NCBI GenBank assembly: GCA_041671565.1
Contig: JBAZBH010000001.1
Coordinates: 71,552 to 135,551 of the forward strand
Direction of reading: 5' to 3'
Origin: Patescibacteria group bacterium
Lineage (GTDB): Bacteria > Patescibacteriota > Patescibacteriia > JACRDY01
Length of the DNA: 64,000 nucleotides
Part shown: positions 59,157-64,000 of the stretch, in pieces
How positions within the stretch are numbered: position 1 is the first letter of the stretch
How the letters are laid out: every line of letters begins with the position of its first letter
Position numbers and translations under genes: made by a program
The notes under the pieces: generated by a model
Told to the model about the DNA's origin: nothing
The model's database searches: none
Seen by the model: the letters and a program-made list of their open reading frames with translations, nothing else

Positions 59157-62018
59157 CTATAACACCTTCCGCAAAAACTTCCCCGTGTAACTGTCTTTAT
59201 CTTTCGCCACTTGCTCCGGCGTGCCGCGGGCGATGACGCGGCCGCCGCGGTCCCCGCCTTCGGGGCCGAGGTCAATCAGATAATCCGCGGATTTAATCAC
59301 ATCCAAATTGTGTTCAATCACAATCACGGTGTTGCCTTTGTCCACCAGGCGATTGAGGACCGCCAAGAGTTTTTCAATGTCGGCAAAGTGCAGGCCGGTG
59401 GTCGGCTCATCCAAGATGTACAGCGTCCGGCCGGTGTCGCGCTTGGACAACTCGGCGGTCAGTTTGATCCGCTGGGCCTCGCCGCCGGACAGCGTGGTGG
59501 CGGACTGGCCGAGTTTGATGTAGCCCAGGCCGACATCCACCAAGGTTTGCAGTTTGCCGGCAATCCGCGGGATGTTTTTGAAAAAAGCGAGCGCCTCTTC
59601 CACGGTTAAATTTAGGATTTCGGCAATGTTCTTCTCCCGGTATTTCACCTGCAAAGTTTCTTCGTTAAAACGGGTGCCGTGGCACTGTTCGCAAGTGACA
59701 AAAACATCGGGCAAAAAGTGCATTTCAATCTTGATCACGCCGTCGCCCTCGCAATTGCCGCACCGCCCGCCGGCGACATTGAAACTAAAGCGGCCCGATC
59801 TATAACCGCGCACCCGCGCCTCTTCGGTCTGAGTAAACAGCTCGCGCATATAAGTGAAAACACCGGTGTAAGTCGCCGGATTACTGCGCGGCGTCCGGCC
59901 GATCGGGCTTTGGTCAATAATAATCGCCTTGTCCCAATAGCCGAAATTTTCAAGGCTCTCGTGTTCGCCCGGGCTGACTTTGGCCTGATAAAGCTTTTTG
60001 GCGAGAATCGGGTAAAGCGTGTCGGAGACTAGGCTGGATTTGCCCGAGCCGGAGACGCCGGTGATACAACAAAACACTTCCACTGGGAAATCAACATTAA
60101 TGCCTTTGAGGTTATTGTGGCGGGCGCCGATCAGGTTAACCATGCCCCGCGGCCGGCGGCGCTTCTCCGGCACGGCGATAATTTTGCGGCCGGAAAGATA
60201 AGCGCCGGTCAGCGATTTTTTGTCTTTAATCACTTCGCTGGGCTTACCCTCTGCCACGACCCGGCCGCCATGAACCCCGGCTCCCGGGCCGATGTCAATC
60301 AAATGATCCGCCGCCATGATGGTCTCGGCGTCATGCTCCACCACAATCACGGTGTTGCCGAGATCGCGCATTTCTTTCAGGGTTTTAATCAGCTTCTGGT
60401 TGTCGCGTTGGTGCAGGCCAATCGACGGCTCGTCCAAGATGTAAGTCACACCGCGCAATTCCGAGCCGATTTGCGTCGCCAGCCGGATGCGCTGAGCTTC
60501 GCCGCCGGACAGCGACCCGCCCCGCCGGCCGAGTGATAAATAATCGAGACCGACATCCACGAGAAAACCGGCGCGGTCGTTAATTTCTTTAAATATCTGC
60601 CCGGCCACCTCGCTGTCGGTTTTGCCCAGATCCAAGCCGTTGAGAAATTTCAGCAAGTCTTTAATGGACAGCTCGGTAATTTCATGGATGTTTTTGCCGC
60701 CAATTGTCACCGCCACCGCTTCCGGCTTCAGCCGCGCGCCATGGCAAACGCCGCAAGGCTTGGCAATCATATACCGTTCCATTTCCTGCCGTCGGCTGTC
60801 CGAGTCGGTTTGTTTGTAAAGTCGCTCCAAGCGCGGAATAATCCCCTCCCACTTGCCGGTCCACTCCCAGACATTGTCCGTGCTTTTGGATTCAAACTCC
60901 CAGTCAATTTTATCGTCAGTGCCGTGGAAGAGAATGTCTAAAATTTTCTTGGGCAAACTTTTGACCGGCGTCTCCACGCTAAAACCGTATTTCTTGCCCA
61001 GTATCTCCAGCATCTGGCCAAAAAAGCCAAACGAACTAAAACCCTGCGGCTTAATCGCGCCTTCGGAAAGCGTCCATTCTTTATCCGGGATAATCAAATC
61101 CGGGTCAAATTTCTGGATGAACCCGAGACCATGGCAAGCCGGGCAAGCGCCAAATGGCGAGTTAAAGCTAAAAAGGCGCGGTTGCAGTTCTTCAAAACTG
61201 AGTCCGCAATCCGGGCAAGCCAAATGTTCGGAATAAACTTTCTCGGTCACCGCTCCGGGTTTGCCCGACGGGCCGGTCGCCGGCCGGCTGATCAAAGCAA
61301 TCAATAAACCACTACCGAGTTTTAAACCGGTTTCCACCGCCCGCTGGAGCCGGGCTTTCTCAGCCGCGGCTAATTTCACCCGGTCCACCAGCGCTTCAAT
61401 ATTGTGAGTGCCGTACCGTTCCAAAGTGGATTTACCGCCGCCGAAGTAGTCGGACCCGAGCGTCATCTTGCCGTCCACCCGCAAACGGTCATAGCCTTGT
61501 TTATTTAGATCAACAAACAGTTGTTCGTAGTTGCCTTTCTTGCCCCGCACCACCGGCGCCAGGATTTCCACTGTCTGCCCGGCGAACTCGGACAGCAAAC
61601 TTTTGGTGATTTTTTCCGCGTCCTGCGAGCGGATTTCTTGGCCACAAAGCGGGCAATGCGGCGCGCCGATCCGGGCGTAAAGCAGACGCAGATAGTCGTA
61701 AATCTCGGTAATCGTGCCGACCGTTGACCGCGGATTATGGGAAATGCTTTTCTGCTCAATGGAAATCGCCGGACTGAGGCCCTTGATGCTGTCCACATCC
61801 GGTTTACCCATCACGCCCAAAAACTGCCGGGCATAAGACGACAGGCTTTCGACATAACGGCGCTGGCCCTCGGCGTAGACGGTATCAAACGCCAAGGTCG
61901 ATTTGCCGCTACCGGACAGGCCGGTAATGACCGTCAGTTGGTTAATCGGGATATCGACGGAGATGTTTTTGAGGTTGTGCTCCCTAGCCCCTCTGACTTG
62001 AATAAATTCTGTGGACAT
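59157..62018 (-). CDS. uvrA: Excinuclease ABC subunit A
   Basis: Two ABC ATPase modules (GLSGSGKST, GVSGSGKSS) and zinc-finger Cys pairs; 953 aa. Confidence 0.95.
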   Translation of the reverse strand: MSTEFIQVRGAREHNLKNISVDIPINQLTVITGLSGSGKSTLAFDTVYAEGQRRYVESLSSYARQFLGVMGKPDVDSIKGLSPAISIEQKSISHNPRSTVGTITEIYDYLRLLYARIGAPHCPLCGQEIRSQDAEKITKSLLSEFAGQTVEILAPVVRGKKGNYEQLFVDLNKQGYDRLRVDGKMTLGSDYFGGGKSTLERYGTHNIEALVDRVKLAAAEKARLQRAVETGLKLGSGLLIALISRPATGPSGKPGAVTEKVYSEHLACPDCGLSFEELQPRLFSFNSPFGACPACHGLGFIQKFDPDLIIPDKEWTLSEGAIKPQGFSSFGFFGQMLEILGKKYGFSVETPVKSLPKKILDILFHGTDDKIDWEFESKSTDNVWEWTGKWEGIIPRLERLYKQTDSDSRRQEMERYMIAKPCGVCHGARLKPEAVAVTIGGKNIHEITELSIKDLLKFLNGLDLGKTDSEVAGQIFKEINDRAGFLVDVGLDYLSLGRRGGSLSGGEAQRIRLATQIGSELRGVTYILDEPSIGLHQRDNQKLIKTLKEMRDLGNTVIVVEHDAETIMAADHLIDIGPGAGVHGGRVVAEGKPSEVIKDKKSLTGAYLSGRKIIAVPEKRRRPRGMVNLIGARHNNLKGINVDFPVEVFCCITGVSGSGKSSLVSDTLYPILAKKLYQAKVSPGEHESLENFGYWDKAIIIDQSPIGRTPRSNPATYTGVFTYMRELFTQTEEARVRGYRSGRFSFNVAGGRCGNCEGDGVIKIEMHFLPDVFVTCEQCHGTRFNEETLQVKYREKNIAEILNLTVEEALAFFKNIPRIAGKLQTLVDVGLGYIKLGQSATTLSGGEAQRIKLTAELSKRDTGRTLYILDEPTTGLHFADIEKLLAVLNRLVDKGNTVIVIEHNLDVIKSADYLIDLGPEGGDRGGRVIARGTPEQVAKDKDSYTGKFLRKVL

Positions 62019-62031
62019 ATTTTTTATTATA

Positions 62032-62128
62032 AAGTATTCAGGGAACAGTATTCAGTATTCAGGGGAGGGGTCGGTATCCACCGTTCGCGGATATAGTTCC
62101 CTGAATACTGAATACTGTTCCCTGAATA
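62032..62128. repeat. Intergenic palindromic repeat, family C copy
   Basis: aagtattcagggaacagtattcagtattcagggg...ccctgaatactgaatactgttccctgaatact. Confidence 0.7.
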
Positions 62129-64000
62129 CTAATCTTGTTTAATTTCCTTAATCTTCTCCCTTAATTCAATGGCTCGTTCAAAGTCCAGCCCCTCCGCCGC
62201 CGCCTGCATCTGCAATTCCAGCTCAATCACCAGTTGTTCGCGGTCCAGATTTTTACCAGTCAAGTCGGGTGAAATAACTTCTTCTTGCTTTCTGATTTCT
62301 TTAACAATACTCTCCGGCGTGATGCCGTGTTTCTTATTGTAGGCCAGCTGAATCGCGCGCCGGCGGTTGGTTTCGCTAATCGCTGATTTGATCGAGCCTG
62401 TCTCGGTGTTGGCATACATCACCACTTTGGCATCAACATTTCGCGCCGCCCGGCCAATCGTCTGGATCAAACTGCGGGCGTTGCGGAGAAAGCCTTCTTT
62501 ATCCGCGTCCAGTATCGCCACCAAAGCCACTTCCGGCAAATCCAAACCTTCACGGAGCAGATTGATGCCGACGAGTACATCGAACTTACCCAGCCGCAAA
62601 TTCTGGATGATCTTAATCCGGTCCAAGGTGTCAACTTCGCTGTGCAAATACTCGGCTTTAATCTTTTGTTCCACCAAATAACGGGTCAAATCCTCGGCCA
62701 GGCGCTTGGTCAAAGTGGTGACCAGCACGCGGTAACCTTTGGCAATCGTCTGCCGGATTTCGCCTTCAACATCTTTAATCTGGCCCTCCGCCGGCTTGAT
62801 AAAAATCTCCGGGTCAACCAGCCCGGTCGGCCGAATAATCTGCTCTACCACCTGGCCGGAGTGTTCCAGTTCGTAGTCGCTGGGCGTCGCCGAAGTGTAA
62901 ATCACCCGGCCCAGATATTTTTCAAATTCCGGGAAAGTCAGCGGCCGATTGTCATAGGCTGACGGCAAACGGAAGCCGTGGTCGATCAAATTCTCCTTCC
63001 GCGACCGGTCGCCGCCGTACATGCCGTGGACTTGCGGCAGAGCGACATGGCTTTCATCCACCACCATTAGCCACTCGCCTTTGGTTTTGAAATAATCTAA
63101 TAAAGTGTAAGGCGGTTCGCCCGGCTGCCGGCCGTCAAAGTGGCGGGAATAATTTTCCACACCTTGGCAGTAGCCTAATTCCTCAATCAGTTCTAAGTCA
63201 TAATTCGTCCGCTTTTCCAGTCGATAAGCCTCCACCGGCCCCAACTGCGGCAATCTTTCTTTTAACTCCTGCCGGATAGTTTTCAAAGCTGACTGTTTGC
63301 CCACTTCGGTAAAAACAAAATGCTTGGCCGGGAAAATCCAAGCGCTCGGCAAGTCCTGAATCCGAGCAAAGGTGATGGCATGGAGTTCAATAATTTTAAC
63401 TAACCTCTGGCCGTCAAACTCTAACCGCAAAACCGTGGTGCCCGAGCCGGCCATCAGCTCCAGCCGGTCGCCGCGCCGCCGGAAACTGCCGGGCTTCAGC
63501 CGATTATCCTCATTTTCATATTGCACTGCCACCAGCTGGCGGACCAAATCATCCGGGTTAATTTTCTGCCCGACTTTTATCTCCTGGGCGCTGGCTTTGA
63601 AGTTGTCCGGCCGGCCGAGGCCATAAATGCAGGAAACCGACGCCACAATAATCACATCATCGCGCGACATCAAGGCCGCGGTCGCCTCCAGCCGCAGCTG
63701 CTCAATCTTCTCGTTAATCTGGACATCTTTCTCAATATAAGTGTCGGAAATCGGCAGATAGCTTTCCGGCTGGTAATAGTCATAATAGGAAACAAAAAAA
63801 CACACCTTGTTTTCCGGGAAAAAATCGCGGAACTCGTTGTAGAGCTGGGCGGCGAGCGTTTTGTTGTGCGACAAAACCAGGGTCGGCTTTTGGATCTTTT
63901 GAATCACATTGGCCACCGTAAAAGTCTTGCCCGAGCCGGTCACGCCAAGGAGCGTCTGCTGGGGAAACTTGCCATAACCCTTAACTAATTGTTCAATGGC
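62129..64000 (-). CDS. uvrB: Excinuclease ABC subunit B (N-terminus beyond window end)
   Basis: GVTGSGKTF Walker A; helicase motifs; ORF remains open past 64000. Confidence 0.9.
   Translation of the reverse strand, partial: AIEQLVKGYGKFPQQTLLGVTGSGKTFTVANVIQKIQKPTLVLSHNKTLAAQLYNEFRDFFPENKVCFFVSYYDYYQPESYLPISDTYIEKDVQINEKIEQLRLEATAALMSRDDVIIVASVSCIYGLGRPDNFKASAQEIKVGQKINPDDLVRQLVAVQYENEDNRLKPGSFRRRGDRLELMAGSGTTVLRLEFDGQRLVKIIELHAITFARIQDLPSAWIFPAKHFVFTEVGKQSALKTIRQELKERLPQLGPVEAYRLEKRTNYDLELIEELGYCQGVENYSRHFDGRQPGEPPYTLLDYFKTKGEWLMVVDESHVALPQVHGMYGGDRSRKENLIDHGFRLPSAYDNRPLTFPEFEKYLGRVIYTSATPSDYELEHSGQVVEQIIRPTGLVDPEIFIKPAEGQIKDVEGEIRQTIAKGYRVLVTTLTKRLAEDLTRYLVEQKIKAEYLHSEVDTLDRIKIIQNLRLGKFDVLVGINLLREGLDLPEVALVAILDADKEGFLRNARSLIQTIGRAARNVDAKVVMYANTETGSIKSAISETNRRRAIQLAYNKKHGITPESIVKEIRKQEEVISPDLTGKNLDREQLVIELELQMQAAAEGLDFERAIELREKIKEIKQD

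Noticed and set aside
59211-61236. Numerous plus-strand ORFs inside uvrA and uvrB.
   Set aside because: They are antisense shadow ORFs of GC-rich conserved genes.

Overview
The window is about 64 kb of a compact, gene-dense bacterial genome with mostly minus-strand coding. Its character (weak Shine-Dalgarno usage, many small hypothetical genes, a T4SS-coupling-like ATPase, a diversity-generating retroelement) fits a CPR/Patescibacteria-type organism, but that is inference from content only. Recognisable housekeeping includes a complete F1Fo ATP synthase operon (atpZ-B-E-F-H-A-G-D-C, interrupted by one opposite-strand small gene), tatD, cvpA, metG, pyrH (archaeal-type), mazG, mltG and a mannose-1-P guanylyltransferase-like NTP transferase. 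It also includes uppP, a glycolytic cluster (two tandem gpmI paralogs, eno, gap), tsf, rpsB, uvrC, uvrA, uvrB (runs off the window end), rlmH, tspO, a GNAT acetyltransferase and a frameshifted fpg. The clearest accessory system is a complete diversity-generating retroelement (DGR RT, Avd, TR, and a target gene whose C-terminal VR shows adenine-specific substitutions). Other notable content: four paralogous roughly 550-aa extremely cysteine-rich proteins in two tandem pairs, each followed by a hairpin of tandem oligonucleotide units. There is also a large protein with two tandem Hsp90/GHKL-like ATPase modules, and a higher-GC three-gene operon whose two larger products share a conserved C-terminal domain ending MEGG[VT]R. 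Further items are a RAYT (IS200-like Y1 transposase) carrying an in-frame REP-like palindromic insertion, a MITE-like element with 30-bp perfect terminal inverted repeats, a 7-nt microsatellite inside tatD, and an unidentified roughly 550-bp GC-rich structured non-coding region. Nearly every intergenic spacer carries one of a few families of long imperfect palindromes built from short tandem units. No tRNA, rRNA or CRISPR array was found.
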